Shown here: one piece after another, positions 29,872 to 40,139 of the stretch | Position numbering within the stretch: the first letter of the stretch is position 1 | Layout of the letters: each line of letters begins with the position of its first letter | Assembly: GCA_963737155.1 (NCBI GenBank) | Contig: CAVTRN010000001.1 | Span: forward strand, 1,376,001-1,440,000 | Source of the DNA: Nitrospirota bacterium | GTDB taxonomy: Bacteria > Nitrospirota > UBA9217 | Length of the DNA stretch: 64,000 nt | Direction of reading: 5' to 3' | The notes under the pieces: generated by a model | Seen by the model: the letters and a program-made list of their open reading frames with translations, nothing else | Databases searched by the model: none | Told to the model about the DNA's origin: nothing | Position numbers and translations under genes: made by a program

Positions 29872-30172
29872 TGCTTGCCTCCCTTGTGTGATCTTATAAT
29901 AATCATTCCATGGGCCCTTGTCTATAGATTGAAGCGATCGAGAAGCTCAGCTTGGTTCTGAAAAGCTATCGTCCCTGCAGAAGGTCATTAATGTTGACTT
30001 GAAAGTAAAATTTTTTCGAATATTTTATCCGCCTTGATTTATCCGAGTAGCAATCTGGTTATGGTCGAAGGGGCGAACCGCTTCCCTGATACAGAATCAT
30101 TCAGGAATGGCGTGCTGCAATTATGCCAATTCTATGCTGTGATGGGCGTGATAATGAATGTTTTAAGACAAC

Positions 30173-30200
30173 AAAAAGGGCGGTGATTTCTCACCGCCCT
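30173..30200 (-). terminator. Terminator of the small membrane protein pair
   Basis: AGGGCGGTGA-tttc-TCACCGCCCT with a minus-strand T run. Confidence 0.8.
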
Positions 30201-30255
30201 GGCATTTGCATTCTAAAAGCTTGAGATTTTCCGTCGTTTGGTGACGGGCGTTTCC

Positions 30256-30573
30256 TTACGCCTTTTCGGCAGCAGCCTGCTTGTTGCGCAGAGCTTCGGG
30301 GGTGGAGACTACAAGTCCGGCCACCGTGCCCAGAAGGCCGCCCACCACAATGCTCACCGCGGCCGCGCAGGAAATGCCAACCATGATCCCTATCACAATC
30401 GCCGCCCTGACGACGAGCGTCGGCTCAACCGGACCGCCCATCAGCTTCTGAAGCAGGATCAGAGTCCCGTAGCTCCCGAAATAGAACCCCGGCATGATGC
30501 CGAACACCAGGAATACCAAACCGCCTATTGTTGCACCAATCTTCATACCTGATTTTACCGTCTCGTTCTTCAT
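30256..30573 (-). CDS. Small Gly-rich membrane protein (105 aa)
   Basis: GAGGAG RBS; MKNETVK..FGIMPGFYFG.. almost wholly hydrophobic; paralog of the upstream gene. Confidence 0.82.
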   Translation of the reverse strand: MKNETVKSGMKIGATIGGLVFLVFGIMPGFYFGSYGTLILLQKLMGGPVEPTLVVRAAIVIGIMVGISCAAAVSIVVGGLLGTVAGLVVSTPEALRNKQAAAEKA

Positions 30574-30638
30574 GATAGTGTCTCCTCTTGGCCGCAGCCA
30601 TAGAAATTTGATGTGCCTTCGCACCTGTGATTGTTAAG

Positions 30639-30944
30639 TTATGCAACTTCCGAGGTCTTCTTCTCTGCCGATCCCTCAAGCACTCTGCCCCCGAGCCATC
30701 CCAGGGTGGCCGTGGCGGTAACGATCGTGATCCCCGCGACCACGACGCCCACGAGCATGGAAGAGAGCACGATCGCCCGTGACAAGATGCCTGGATCGAG
30801 GGGAAGCCCGAAGAACAGCCCCGCTACTTTGATTCCCGCGGCGCCGCCCAGAAGACTGCCAGGAAGGAGTCCGAAGAGAGCAAAGATCACCAGCCCTGCG
30901 CCTGCCCCGATGTATGCTGTTTTTCTTGAGAGAGTGGTATTCAT
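30639..30944 (-). CDS. Small Gly-rich membrane protein (101 aa)
   Basis: AGGGGG RBS; MNTTLSRK..FGLLPGSLLGG.. hydrophobic. Confidence 0.82.
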   Translation of the reverse strand: MNTTLSRKTAYIGAGAGLVIFALFGLLPGSLLGGAAGIKVAGLFFGLPLDPGILSRAIVLSSMLVGVVVAGITIVTATATLGWLGGRVLEGSAEKKTSEVA

Positions 30945-30983
30945 TTTTGTGTCCCCCTTTTCGTTCAGTCTTGCCAGTGTTAT

Positions 30984-30999
30984 TGCAGTTCGCATGCCA
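30984..30999 (-). promoter_or_regulatory. Sigma-54 (-24/-12) promoter
   Basis: TGGCAT-GCGAA-CTGCA matches TGGCAC-N5-TTGCW, ~40 nt upstream of ATG 30944. Confidence 0.75.
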
Positions 31000-31183
31000 A
31001 AATATAACTGCTTGAATTCACGCAAAACCAGTCCTGCTCCTATTTGGCAGATGTGAGAAAATGAGGCGTGCATTATATCAAGAATGCAAAGAAACAGTAT
31101 GCTCCTGCGCGGCCGGCGGCATATTCATGGCACTTCAGACAGGGTACCTTTTATCCTCTTGCGCCGAACCCCCCGACTCTTCA

Positions 31184-33707
31184 CTGATCTTTACCCATGA
31201 CTATGGTTGGATGAGACCGGGGGAACAGCATGTTGAGGCCGAAGAACGAAGGCGATATACGCCTGAGTAATATCATCAAGACGCTGAAGACCTCGCCAGA
31301 TGGTTTCCGTTCCCGGTTCGCCATCTGCGTTTCGGTTGAGATAGCCGCCAAGTGCGGCAACCATGAGCATAGACTCCCGGAGCGTCGGCGGGCTAGCAGG
31401 AACAGTCGGCGTCTGATGAATAAAACCGACCAGAGCTTTCCAGGTCGCATCGTCGAAGTAGACTGTACAGGGCATGTTGGGAGTCTCCCTGCCGAGCCAG
31501 GTAAGATGATGAATTCGCCATGCCACGACCATATCGATTGCCAGGCAGTTTTCCAGACGCTTGGCAGTGCCGAGTTGCCGGTCCTCGATACGACACCCAC
31601 TCTTGAGCACTCGATGATATATTTCGATGCCCCAGCGCTTGGCATAGCGGGCAAGGGCGGTTTTCGCTTCCTCGAACGAGGTCACCGGCAGCGTTGAGAG
31701 CAGCATCCATTCGAGGGGTGATTCGACCTCGGCAGGCGTATTGATCTCTTTGGCGTATACGACGGAAAGTGTTAACTCGGGCAAGCCGGGTTTGGTGCGA
31801 GGGGCTTTCAGCGTAACCGGACTGAAGCGAACTTCGAGTTTCGCTGTTCGCGCGGGCCGATCCGATCGCGGCGGCACCGTTACCTCAACGATACCGGCAG
31901 GCTTCAACGCTTGCATGAAAGGCCAGAGACGTTGAACGTTCTCTTCGTCATCGGTGACGGTTCGCTGGCGCGTTTTCTCCGCGCGAATAAGCAGATCAGC
32001 GCTTTTGCGGATGTTAAGACGGTCGGCGAACAACTCATGGATGTCGGCTTCGCGATCAGCTATGACGATGAGTGTCGTGTTGGGACAACGCGCCTGGACC
32101 GCAGAGACGGTTCGATAGCTTTTCAGCCATTTGAAGCTCTCTTTTTCTTCAATGGGTTTGCTGTGGCGCTCGTATTTTTTCCCGGCTTCCTCTTCATCAC
32201 GCGCCCAGCACTGGACATCAAGCAGGCCGAGCGGAGTTCCCTCCGGCGTAAACGCCATGGTGTCATGCAGCAGCAGCCCGACACTGGTATTTTGGGTGTT
32301 ATTGATGGGGCCAAGTCCGAGGGTCTGGGGATGGTTCGTGTAATTCAGGCTGGTTGTGTCCTGCACAACAAGAACGACATTCTGTGCACGCACACGCTGT
32401 TCGGTCATCGCGATGTGCGGCGCCAGAATAGCGCTCAAATTGACGTTGTCGTTGTCGAAGAACCGATAGGCCGCTTTGGCGGCGGCCGCTCCGGAGCAAG
32501 ACTGGGGAATATTGGCCGTGGGCATCGCGAAAAAAGACCCGCCCAGTTGCATCAGCCGATTCACCAGCCTCTTGTCGCCCAACACTGCATCCCCGAACTC
32601 CTCCTCGGTCCAGTCGGCGGGTTCTCGCACCGGCGCTTGAGAACGGATGGAAACTGTTCCGTCCGGCAGCGAGCACAACGTCGTTTTCCAGTCATCACAG
32701 AGGGGGAACAGATAGACGTCCTTGGTCGCGGTTCCCGTTCCCTGACGGCCGCGCCCCGTGGTGGCGCCTATGTGGTTCCAGTTGGCGGCGCGATAGCAGG
32801 AACCCGTAAACCGGCCGCGCTCGATGAAGGTTTCAAGCAATGCAGGCCGATACGAATACCGCGCCTGCCAATCGTCGGCGAGTCGTTTCGAACACTGGGA
32901 AAGAACGTGCGAGGCCAAGCCTGGCACCTTGACCATGGGCGGAATCAGGAACCGGCTGTTGTTGACGACGCGTTGCAGAGTGTGTTTGCGTGCTTCTTCA
33001 CTCCAGCCGATGAACTCATCCCGGCAACGCACCCGCCAGGCCGAGGCGCTGAAGCTCAATCCGCCAAGCCAACCAAAACGCTCGTTCCAAACCAGGTAGC
33101 GAAGTTGCGCACCGCAGAGCGGACCGCTGCGCAAATAGTGATACTTATCGAGCAAGGCATTCCATATCCGAGAGTTTTTGCTGGCGGCGCTGCTGATGGG
33201 GATAATTTCCACGGGGCCAAGCTCCGCAAGAGAGCACTCCACGGGAAAAAGCGATGGAAGGTCCGATGGACGGGGGCGGCGTGAGTGAAATGCATAGTCG
33301 CCGCAGTCCTGCAGTTTAATCAGATTACGGCGGTGAAGTTCCAACAATGCTTTGCGACAACTAACCTCGCGGAATTTGCCGTTGGGACTTCGCCAGTTCA
33401 TCCACTCACAGACACGCCTAGAAAGCTGGCGGCGCGATATGCCGGGTTCAGTCTGAATGGTTTCGGTGATCTTTGCCATAAGCGGTTTGTTAAATTCCAA
33501 ATGGAATAGGGTTATCATGCCGCCAATTATACAGGCGGATGAGCCTTGTGTTCAGTAAAAAATGTGTCCAAACTCCAGCGACTCTTCAGGGGGATATAAG
33601 GTGCTGGTTGAGAAGCAATCAAATACAATCTTAACAATAGAAATTAGACAGTAGCCAAAAGCACTAAATATCTTCTTTCACCGTTGGCAATCTCTGTAAG
33701 AGCTTTA
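31184..33707 (-). mobile_element. IS4-family (IS50/Tn5-like) insertion sequence; ends approximate
   Basis: End CTGATCTTTACCCAT at 31184 overlapping the transposase stop; weaker candidate end AAAGCTCTTACAG near 33707; no target duplication seen. Confidence 0.7.
31191..33518 (-). CDS. IS4-family transposase with N-terminal DUF4338 (DruA-like) domain
   Basis: N-terminal HYL..GAQLRYL..VNNSRFLI.P..LASH.L..LLETF..G.CYRAANW...G.T.GRG; Tn5-like GDKRL..R, QDTT, ADREAD, Y..RW.IE.YHRVLKSG and LGGYL.R..DGEPG..TIWRG. Confidence 0.92.
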   Translation of the reverse strand: MITLFHLEFNKPLMAKITETIQTEPGISRRQLSRRVCEWMNWRSPNGKFREVSCRKALLELHRRNLIKLQDCGDYAFHSRRPRPSDLPSLFPVECSLAELGPVEIIPISSAASKNSRIWNALLDKYHYLRSGPLCGAQLRYLVWNERFGWLGGLSFSASAWRVRCRDEFIGWSEEARKHTLQRVVNNSRFLIPPMVKVPGLASHVLSQCSKRLADDWQARYSYRPALLETFIERGRFTGSCYRAANWNHIGATTGRGRQGTGTATKDVYLFPLCDDWKTTLCSLPDGTVSIRSQAPVREPADWTEEEFGDAVLGDKRLVNRLMQLGGSFFAMPTANIPQSCSGAAAAKAAYRFFDNDNVNLSAILAPHIAMTEQRVRAQNVVLVVQDTTSLNYTNHPQTLGLGPINNTQNTSVGLLLHDTMAFTPEGTPLGLLDVQCWARDEEEAGKKYERHSKPIEEKESFKWLKSYRTVSAVQARCPNTTLIVIADREADIHELFADRLNIRKSADLLIRAEKTRQRTVTDDEENVQRLWPFMQALKPAGIVEVTVPPRSDRPARTAKLEVRFSPVTLKAPRTKPGLPELTLSVVYAKEINTPAEVESPLEWMLLSTLPVTSFEEAKTALARYAKRWGIEIYHRVLKSGCRIEDRQLGTAKRLENCLAIDMVVAWRIHHLTWLGRETPNMPCTVYFDDATWKALVGFIHQTPTVPASPPTLRESMLMVAALGGYLNRNADGEPGTETIWRGLQRLDDITQAYIAFVLRPQHAVPPVSSNHSHG

Positions 33708-33868
33708 TGGACGTCCTTGTCTCCTGAGCTGACTCCCGTTTCTTTTTACGCAAGAAATCCTGAAAGCATTCTACTCGCCACTTGGCAAAAAATTATTTCC
33801 AGAAAATATCCTGTGAAAGTATTGGTTTCGGACCACACTGTCTCATTGCAGGGAGGATTTAAATCTGC

Positions 33869-33898
33869 TTGACAAAGGCAACATGCCCCGTATAAAAT
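33869..33898 (+). promoter_or_regulatory. cysS promoter
   Basis: TTGACA-18 nt-TAAAAT. Confidence 0.6.
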
Positions 33899-33947
33899 TA
33901 AAGTTCTGTTCGTGCAACAATAATTGAATTGAGGGTATTATCATACT

Positions 33948-35423
33948 ATGATAAAATTGTACAACACACTAACAGGGAAAAAAGAGAAGTTCGTTCCTCT
34001 ACAGCCGGGCAAAGTAACCATGTATGCCTGCGGCGTGACGGTCTACGATTTTTCCCACCTCGGACATGCGCGCGGCGCCGTGGCTTTCGATTTGATCCAG
34101 CGTTACTTCCGGCGCAAGGGTTTTGAAGTGAAGTATGTGCGGAATTTCACCGATGTCGACGACAAGATAATCAACCGTGCGAAGGAAGAAGCCATTACCG
34201 CCGCCGAAGTTGCCCGCAAATACATCGATGCCTACCAGGAGGACATGAAACGCCTCGGTGTGGGCAGGGCTGATGTGGAGCCCAAGGCAACAGAGCACAT
34301 CACGGAAATGCTCGAAGTCATCAAGGGACTCTTGGAAAAAAGTCACGCCTATGTGGTTGACGGAGACGTATATTTCCGCGTGTCGAGTTTCAAAGAGTAC
34401 GGCAAACTCTCAAAGCGTAATCTCGAGGACCTGAAGGCGGGCGCGAGAGTGGAAGTCGACGAGCGAAAACAGGATCCCCTTGATTTTGCTCTCTGGAAAG
34501 CATCGAAACCGGGAGAACCTGCCTGGATCAGTCCGTGGGGGAGTGGAAGGCCGGGTTGGCACATTGAATGTACCGCCATGGGCTTAAAGCACTTAGGTGA
34601 GACATTCGATATCCACGCGGGTGGCAAGGATCTTATCTTTCCGCATCATGAAAACGAGCTTGCCCAGAGTGAGGCCTATACGGGCAAGAAGTTTGTAAAT
34701 TACTGGCTCCATAACGGATTCGTGAACATCAACGAAGAGAAGATGTCGAAGTCGCTGGGCAACTTTTTCACGATTCGCGACATTCTCAACCAGTACGATG
34801 CGGAAGTAGTCCGTCTGTTTCTCCTCTCAACCCATTATAGAAGTCCAATTGATTTTTCCGACGCCAACCTGAAGGACGCGCGAGCCGGTCTTGATCGTTT
34901 CTATACGATGAAGGAGGGGATCCTTAAAGTTCTCGCTGGAAGTGCCTCCCCTACGGTTAAGCCGAATGAAGTGATCGAGGCCGGAGACCGGCCGCTTTAT
35001 GAGAAGATCGCAAACCTTCCTCGATTCTTTGAGGAAGCGATGGATGATGATTTCAACACTGCTTTTGCCATCGGCCTCATTTATGATCTCGTCCGCGATA
35101 TAAACAAGTTTCTCGCCGAAGTGGACAAAAAGAACCAGGACGGCGCCTATTACATCCTTTCTAAAGCCGCGATCGCTTTTGACGATGTCGGTAAGACTTT
35201 AGGGCTTTTTACCCGCAGTCCCGAGGAATGGTTCAGGGAAGGAAGGTTGGCGGATAGAAAAGTCACGCTTTCGGTGGAGCGCATTGAAGAGCTAATCCAC
35301 CTCCGGAATGAGGCCCGTGCGCGCAAAGACTGGCCTGAAGCGGACCGTGTCCGCAAGATTCTCGATGATGGCGGAGTGGAGTTATTTGATCGGCCTGATG
35401 GTACAGTATGGAAGCCGAAATGA
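33948..35423 (+). CDS. cysS: Cysteine-tRNA ligase
   Basis: YACGVTVYD, HLGH, GRPGWHIEC, FPHHENE and KMSKS. Confidence 0.98.
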   Translation: MIKLYNTLTGKKEKFVPLQPGKVTMYACGVTVYDFSHLGHARGAVAFDLIQRYFRRKGFEVKYVRNFTDVDDKIINRAKEEAITAAEVARKYIDAYQEDMKRLGVGRADVEPKATEHITEMLEVIKGLLEKSHAYVVDGDVYFRVSSFKEYGKLSKRNLEDLKAGARVEVDERKQDPLDFALWKASKPGEPAWISPWGSGRPGWHIECTAMGLKHLGETFDIHAGGKDLIFPHHENELAQSEAYTGKKFVNYWLHNGFVNINEEKMSKSLGNFFTIRDILNQYDAEVVRLFLLSTHYRSPIDFSDANLKDARAGLDRFYTMKEGILKVLAGSASPTVKPNEVIEAGDRPLYEKIANLPRFFEEAMDDDFNTAFAIGLIYDLVRDINKFLAEVDKKNQDGAYYILSKAAIAFDDVGKTLGLFTRSPEEWFREGRLADRKVTLSVERIEELIHLRNEARARKDWPEADRVRKILDDGGVELFDRPDGTVWKPK

Positions 35424-35575
35424 CCCTTCCTTTGGGCACGAGGCCTTAAGAACGAGGGGCGCGCATATATTGCTGATACTCCGAGAGCTTGAGTCGTTTT
35501 TCTAGCTGGTTCGAGAAATCCCTTGCTGTCCTTGTCATTGTATTTTCCACGTGTCATGTATCATCGCCCTACTCT

Positions 35576-36322
35576 ATGCAAAAAGAAAAAATAATCGGGA
35601 TCAATCCCATACGGGAAGCGCTCAGAGCAGGACGCCCCATCCAACGGCTTCTGATTGCCGAGCAGCGGAAGATGGACCGGGATGTTGCGGAGATCATCCG
35701 TATTGCCAGGGAGAAGGGGATAGAGATAAGAATCGTCACCCGGGATGCTCTGAACAGGGAATCTCAGAATTCCCGTCATCAGGGGGTGATCGCCATGGCA
35801 TCGGCGCGCACCTACGCAACACTTGAGGATATTATGCAGATACCGGCGCATCGCGGCGCACAGCCGCTGTTCCTTATTTTGGACGGCGTTGAAGATCCCC
35901 GGAATCTAGGCGCCATACTGAGGACGGCAGAAGCGGCAGGGGTGCATGGTGTGATAATCCCTGAACGACGGGCGGTCGGGCTCACGGAAACCGTCGCAAA
36001 AACCGCCGCCGGAGCATTGGAGTATGTACCGGTGGTCAAAGTGGTGAATATCGTAAATACCCTCGGGGAACTGAAAAAAGCAGGCATGTGGGTGACCGGC
36101 GCGGAGGCCGGTAGTGAGTTGGTCTACTGGGACGCGGACTTTGCGCGGCCGACGGCGCTGGTGCTCGGTGGCGAAGATAAAGGCGTGCGCAGACTGGTCA
36201 AAGAGCACTGTGACTACCTCGTGTCTCTGCCGCTTATGGGGCAGATAAGCTCCTTGAACGTTTCGGTGGTGGCGGGAACTCTGCTGTATGAAGTGTTGCG
36301 CCAGCGCAGGGGTATACGGTAA
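35576..36322 (+). CDS. rlmB: 23S rRNA G2251 2'-O-methyltransferase RlmB
   Basis: HQGV, LDGVEDPRNLGAILRTA, G.EDKG and SLNVSV (SPOUT fold); follows cysS. Confidence 0.93.
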   Translation: MQKEKIIGINPIREALRAGRPIQRLLIAEQRKMDRDVAEIIRIAREKGIEIRIVTRDALNRESQNSRHQGVIAMASARTYATLEDIMQIPAHRGAQPLFLILDGVEDPRNLGAILRTAEAAGVHGVIIPERRAVGLTETVAKTAAGALEYVPVVKVVNIVNTLGELKKAGMWVTGAEAGSELVYWDADFARPTALVLGGEDKGVRRLVKEHCDYLVSLPLMGQISSLNVSVVAGTLLYEVLRQRRGIR

Positions 36323-36396
36323 AGAGTTCCCATAAAACGGACATCAGCATGGAAACACATCTATTTCTAAACATCTAACTACCTAATCTTTTTTAC

Positions 36397-36426
36397 TTGA
36401 CAAGTCAATACGCAATCTCTTATAAT
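36397..36426 (+). promoter_or_regulatory. Promoter of the tRNA-tuf operon
   Basis: TTGACA-18 nt-TATAAT. Confidence 0.8.
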
Positions 36427-36540
36427 TACAGTTCTTTGGCGCGGCAGAACAAACACGCACAAATTAAGCATTATTAACAAATGAGCAGCATGATCCGGAT
36501 AGGAACATGCATGTACGGCGTGGTATTTTCAGAGGGTTCT

Positions 36541-36616
36541 GCCACCGTAACTCAGTTGGTAGAGTAGCTGATTTGTAATCAGCCTGTCGGGGGTTCGAGT
36601 CCCTTCGGTGGCTCCA
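36541..36616 (+). tRNA. tRNA-Thr(TGT)
   Basis: Cloverleaf; anticodon arm GCTGA-TT TGT AA-TCAGC; CCA end. Confidence 0.97.
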
Positions 36617-36721
36617 TTTTCTGGCAACCTTATTCGAGAAGCAGGTTTTGAAAGCGGTTCCCGAACATTTTTTGTAGTGGTGTAGGTGCAGTTCTAGAAC
36701 GGCTGAAGTATTGAAGTTCCC

Positions 36722-36807
36722 GGGGAGGTGCCCGAGTGGCCAAAGGGAACAGACTGTAAATCTGTCGGCGTCAGCCTACGGAGGTTCGAAACCTCCCCTC
36801 CCCACCA
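36722..36807 (+). tRNA. tRNA-Tyr(GTA)
   Basis: ACAGA-CT GTA AA-TCTGT, long variable arm, CCA end. Confidence 0.97.
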
Positions 36808-36890
36808 ATTGTAAATAAGGATCGAGGATTGATCGCGGAGTGCGGATTTGGAAGCGGGAAATCTGTAAGCCGTAATCCGATATCGAAAAA

Positions 36891-36967
36891 GCGGGAATAG
36901 CTCAGCTGGCTAGAGCGCAAGCCTTCCAAGCTTGGGGTCGCGGGTTCGAATCCCGTTTCCCGCTCCA
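36891..36967 (+). tRNA. tRNA-Gly(TCC)
   Basis: CAAGC-CT TCC AA-GCTTG; CCA end. Confidence 0.97.
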
Positions 36968-37062
36968 GTTTCTAGAGTTGTGAGTCTATAAAGTTTTTTG
37001 AGTTCATCGGATTCGACTCAATGAACCCTCGAGATTCGTAACTCAACAAACTCAGAAAATCC

Positions 37063-37138
37063 GCCCATGTAGCTCAGTTGGTAGAGCACATCCTTGGTAA
37101 GGATGAGGTCAGCGGTTCAATCCCGCTCATGGGCTCCA
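37063..37138 (+). tRNA. tRNA-Thr(GGT)
   Basis: CATCC-TT GGT AA-GGATG; CCA end. Confidence 0.97.
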
Positions 37139-37221
37139 GACAATTAGTTATTCAGGTCTGTTTAGTAATTTTTTGTACGGGCCAATCGCAATCTTTCACT
37201 TCGCGGCAGGAGGGGTAAAGT

Positions 37222-38421
37222 ATGGCAAAGGCAAAATTTGAGAGGACAAAACCTCATGTGAACGTGGGAACCATTGGCCACGTGGACCACGGCAAAACGA
37301 CCTTGACGGCCGCCATCACGAAGGTGCTCTCCTTCAAGAACATGGCGAGCTTTGTATCCTATGACAACATCGACAAGGCGCCGGAAGAACGGGAACGCGG
37401 CATCACAATCGCCACGGCGCATGTTGAATACTCGACAGAGAACCGGCACTATGCCCACGTCGACTGTCCCGGCCATGCCGATTACGTGAAGAACATGATC
37501 ACGGGGGCGGCGCAGATGGACGGAGCGATCCTGGTGGTATCTGCCGCCGACGGTCCGATGCCCCAGACCCGCGAGCACATTCTTCTCGCCCGTCAGGTAG
37601 GCGTGCCCTATATCGTCGTCTACATGAACAAAGTAGATATGGTGGACGACCCCGAGCTGATCGAACTCGTCGAGCTCGAGATCCGGGAGCTTCTATCCAA
37701 GTACCAGTTCCCAGGGGACAAGACCCCCATTGTCAAGGGAAGCGCCCTGAAGGCGCTCCAGAGCGACAGTAAGGACGTCAACGCGCCTGAGTACAAGAGC
37801 ATCCTGGAGCTGATGGCGGCTGTGGATAGCTACATACCCCAGCCGAAGCGCGACGTCGATAAGCCCTATCTGATGCCGATTGAAGACGTGTTCTCTATCG
37901 CAGGCCGCGGTACGGTGGTGACGGGCAGGATCGAGCGCGGCATCGTGAAGGTTAGCGACGAAATTGAGATTGTCGGAATCAAGCCGACGCAGAAGACGGT
38001 AGTGACGGGCGTGGAGATGTTCCGGAAGCTTCTGGACCGGGGCGAAGCGGGCGACAATGTCGGCGTGCTTCTCCGCGGTACCAAGAAGGAAGACGTGGAG
38101 CGCGGGATGGTTTTGGCGAAGCCGGGCAGCATCACGCCACATACGAAATTCAAGGCTGAGGCGTATATTCTCACGAAGGAAGAAGGTGGCCGACACACGC
38201 CGTTCTTCAACGGCTATCGTCCGCAGTTCTATTTCCGGACGACGGACGTGACGGGCGTGGTAAAGCTTGCCGAGGGAGTGGAGATGGTGATGCCGGGCGA
38301 CAACATGACCTGCAGCGTCGAACTCATCACCCCGATCGCCATGGACCAGGGCCTGCGCTTCGCCATCCGTGAAGGCGGCAGGACCGTGGGCGCCGGCGTT
38401 ATCACCGAAGTGATCGAGTAA
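37222..38421 (+). CDS. tuf: Elongation factor Tu (copy 1)
   Basis: [21 protein letters not shown] and [10 protein letters not shown]. Confidence 0.99.
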   Translation: MAKAKFERTKPHVNVGTIGHVDHGKTTLTAAITKVLSFKNMASFVSYDNIDKAPEERERGITIATAHVEYSTENRHYAHVDCPGHADYVKNMITGAAQMDGAILVVSAADGPMPQTREHILLARQVGVPYIVVYMNKVDMVDDPELIELVELEIRELLSKYQFPGDKTPIVKGSALKALQSDSKDVNAPEYKSILELMAAVDSYIPQPKRDVDKPYLMPIEDVFSIAGRGTVVTGRIERGIVKVSDEIEIVGIKPTQKTVVTGVEMFRKLLDRGEAGDNVGVLLRGTKKEDVERGMVLAKPGSITPHTKFKAEAYILTKEEGGRHTPFFNGYRPQFYFRTTDVTGVVKLAEGVEMVMPGDNMTCSVELITPIAMDQGLRFAIREGGRTVGAGVITEVIE

Positions 38422-38490
38422 AAAATTGCAGGCAGCAGATGTCTTTGTCGCGCGATTATCAAATTGAAGGGGTGAAGAGAGGCTACTACC

Positions 38491-38643
38491 ATGCGGGAAA
38501 TCGTACTTCTCGCTTGCGGTGAATGCAAGCGTAAAAATTATTCCACGATAAAGAATAAAAGAAACACACCGGACAAACTCAATCTGGATAAATATTGCAG
38601 ATTCTGTCGCAAACATACGGTGCACAAGGAAACAAAGGCGTAA
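38491..38643 (+). CDS. rpmG: 50S ribosomal protein L33 (zinc-binding form; absent from ORF track)
   Basis: [29 protein letters not shown]...[17 protein letters not shown]. Confidence 0.95.
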   Translation: MREIVLLACGECKRKNYSTIKNKRNTPDKLNLDKYCRFCRKHTVHKETKA

Positions 38644-38677
38644 CTTGAAAGTGCAGGGTGCTGCGGGGTTAGGACAC

Positions 38678-38753
38678 AGGCCAGTAGCTCTAATGGTAGA
38701 GCTCCGGACTCCAAATCCGGCTGCTGGGGGTTCGAGTCCCTCCTGGCCTGCCA
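38678..38753 (+). tRNA. tRNA-Trp(CCA)
   Basis: CCGGA-CT CCA AA-TCCGG; usual position before secE. Confidence 0.97.
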
Positions 38754-38789
38754 TTTTTCTTCAGAATCTTGTGCAGGGAGAGGCTTGGT

Positions 38790-38975
38790 ATGTTTAAAAA
38801 GTTGATGGTATTCTTTCAAGAGGTGATGCTCGAACTCAAGAAAGTCGTGTTTCCGACAAAGAAGGAGGTCATAGGTTCTACCTGGGTGGTAATTTTCACC
38901 GTGCTTGTATGCGCCTTTTTTCTGGGACTGGTAGATTTTGGGCTGGGAAGACTTATGACCCTTGCCTTTAAATAA
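38790..38975 (+). CDS. secE: Preprotein translocase SecE
   Basis: ELKKVVFPTKKEV plus one TM helix. Confidence 0.93.
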   Translation: MFKKLMVFFQEVMLELKKVVFPTKKEVIGSTWVVIFTVLVCAFFLGLVDFGLGRLMTLAFK

Positions 38976-38983
38976 AGATTATT

Positions 38984-39529
38984 ATGGCGATGAACTGGTA
39001 TGTAGTCCATACGTATGCGGGATTTGAGAACAAGGTGAAGGCCGGCATTCTCGAAACGGTGTCCAAGTTGGGCCTTACAGACAAAATCGGGCAGATACTT
39101 GTCCCCACTGAAGAAGTTTTGTCTATCAAAGCCGGGAAAAAACGCAAGTCGCAGCGAAAATTCTTCCCCGGCTACATCCTCGTTGAGATGGAGATGGACG
39201 ACAACTCTTGGCATATCATCAAGGAAACGCCGAAGGTGACCGGATTTGTTGGGGGAAGTACGAATCCGACACCGCTTTCCGAAGACGAAATCAAGATGAT
39301 TTTGAAGCAGACTGAGGAGGGGGCCGTTGCCCCGACGCAGCCCAAACATGCATATCAGAAGGGTGACCGTGTAAGAGTGATAGACGGCCCGTTCAGCAGT
39401 TTCATCGGGACGGTTGAAGACGTCAACCCCGCCCACGGAAGACTCCGGGTCATGGTAAGCATCTTTGGCCGCTCAACGCCGGTGGAACTAGAATTTCTGC
39501 AAGTCGAACGGGAAAAAGAAACCAAATAA
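38984..39529 (+). CDS. nusG: Transcription factor NusG
   Basis: [21 protein letters not shown] and KOW motif with [10 protein letters not shown]. Confidence 0.98.
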   Translation: MAMNWYVVHTYAGFENKVKAGILETVSKLGLTDKIGQILVPTEEVLSIKAGKKRKSQRKFFPGYILVEMEMDDNSWHIIKETPKVTGFVGGSTNPTPLSEDEIKMILKQTEEGAVAPTQPKHAYQKGDRVRVIDGPFSSFIGTVEDVNPAHGRLRVMVSIFGRSTPVELEFLQVEREKETK

Positions 39530-39574
39530 AAATTCGGAATTAAATAGTGTAAACACACACACAGGAGTTTATAA

Positions 39575-40000
39575 ATGGCTAAAGAAATTACAGCAAAAAT
39601 CAAGCTTCAGGTTCCGGCAGGGAAGGCCAACCCGGCACCGCCGGTCGGTCCAGCTCTCGGCCAGCATGGCGTGAATATCATGGAATTCTGTAAGGCTTTC
39701 AACGCAAAGACCCAGAAAATGGGCGACACCATAGTTCCCGTAATCATCTCGGTGTATTCGGACCGGTCCTTCACCTTCATTACAAAGACGCCCCCGGCTG
39801 CAGAACTTCTAAAGAAGGCAGCCGGAATCGTCAAGGGTTCTGGCATCCCGAACAAGGACAAGGTTGGCAAGGTGACCAAAGCCCAGATAAGGGAAATCGC
39901 CCAGACAAAGCTCCCGGACCTCAATGCCGCAAGTGTGGAATCAGCCATGCGCATGATCGAGGGCTCAGCAAAGAGCATGGGCCTGGATGTGGTAGATTAA
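39575..40000 (+). CDS. rplK: 50S ribosomal protein L11
   Basis: [18 protein letters not shown]. Confidence 0.98.
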   Translation: MAKEITAKIKLQVPAGKANPAPPVGPALGQHGVNIMEFCKAFNAKTQKMGDTIVPVIISVYSDRSFTFITKTPPAAELLKKAAGIVKGSGIPNKDKVGKVTKAQIREIAQTKLPDLNAASVESAMRMIEGSAKSMGLDVVD

Positions 40001-40095
40001 TTGTTCAAAATTCATGATTCAATATTTAAAACACGGAAAACTTGTATTTCACTTTTTAGTTTTGAGTATTCACTATTGAATTATTCTTAATATTT

Positions 40096-40129
40096 ATGCG
40101 GGAGGCTGACAACAGCCGTTTGGACCGCA
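40096..40129 (+). promoter_or_regulatory. Putative L1 autoregulatory binding site
   Basis: TGCG-GGAG-GCTG..CAGC-CG..ACCGCA hairpin with an internal loop directly before the rplA RBS. Confidence 0.5.
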
Positions 40130-40139
40130 AGGAGAAACC

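Noticed and set aside
30112-30129. Second sigma-54-like motif (minus strand TGGCAT-N5-CAGC) facing the phosphoesterase gene
   Set aside because: Poor -12 match and ~240 nt from the start codon; insufficient support.
31911-33284. 457-aa plus-strand ORF, and similar long antisense ORFs over groEL, tuf and rpoBC
   Set aside because: Antisense shadows of well-supported genes, expected from codon bias.
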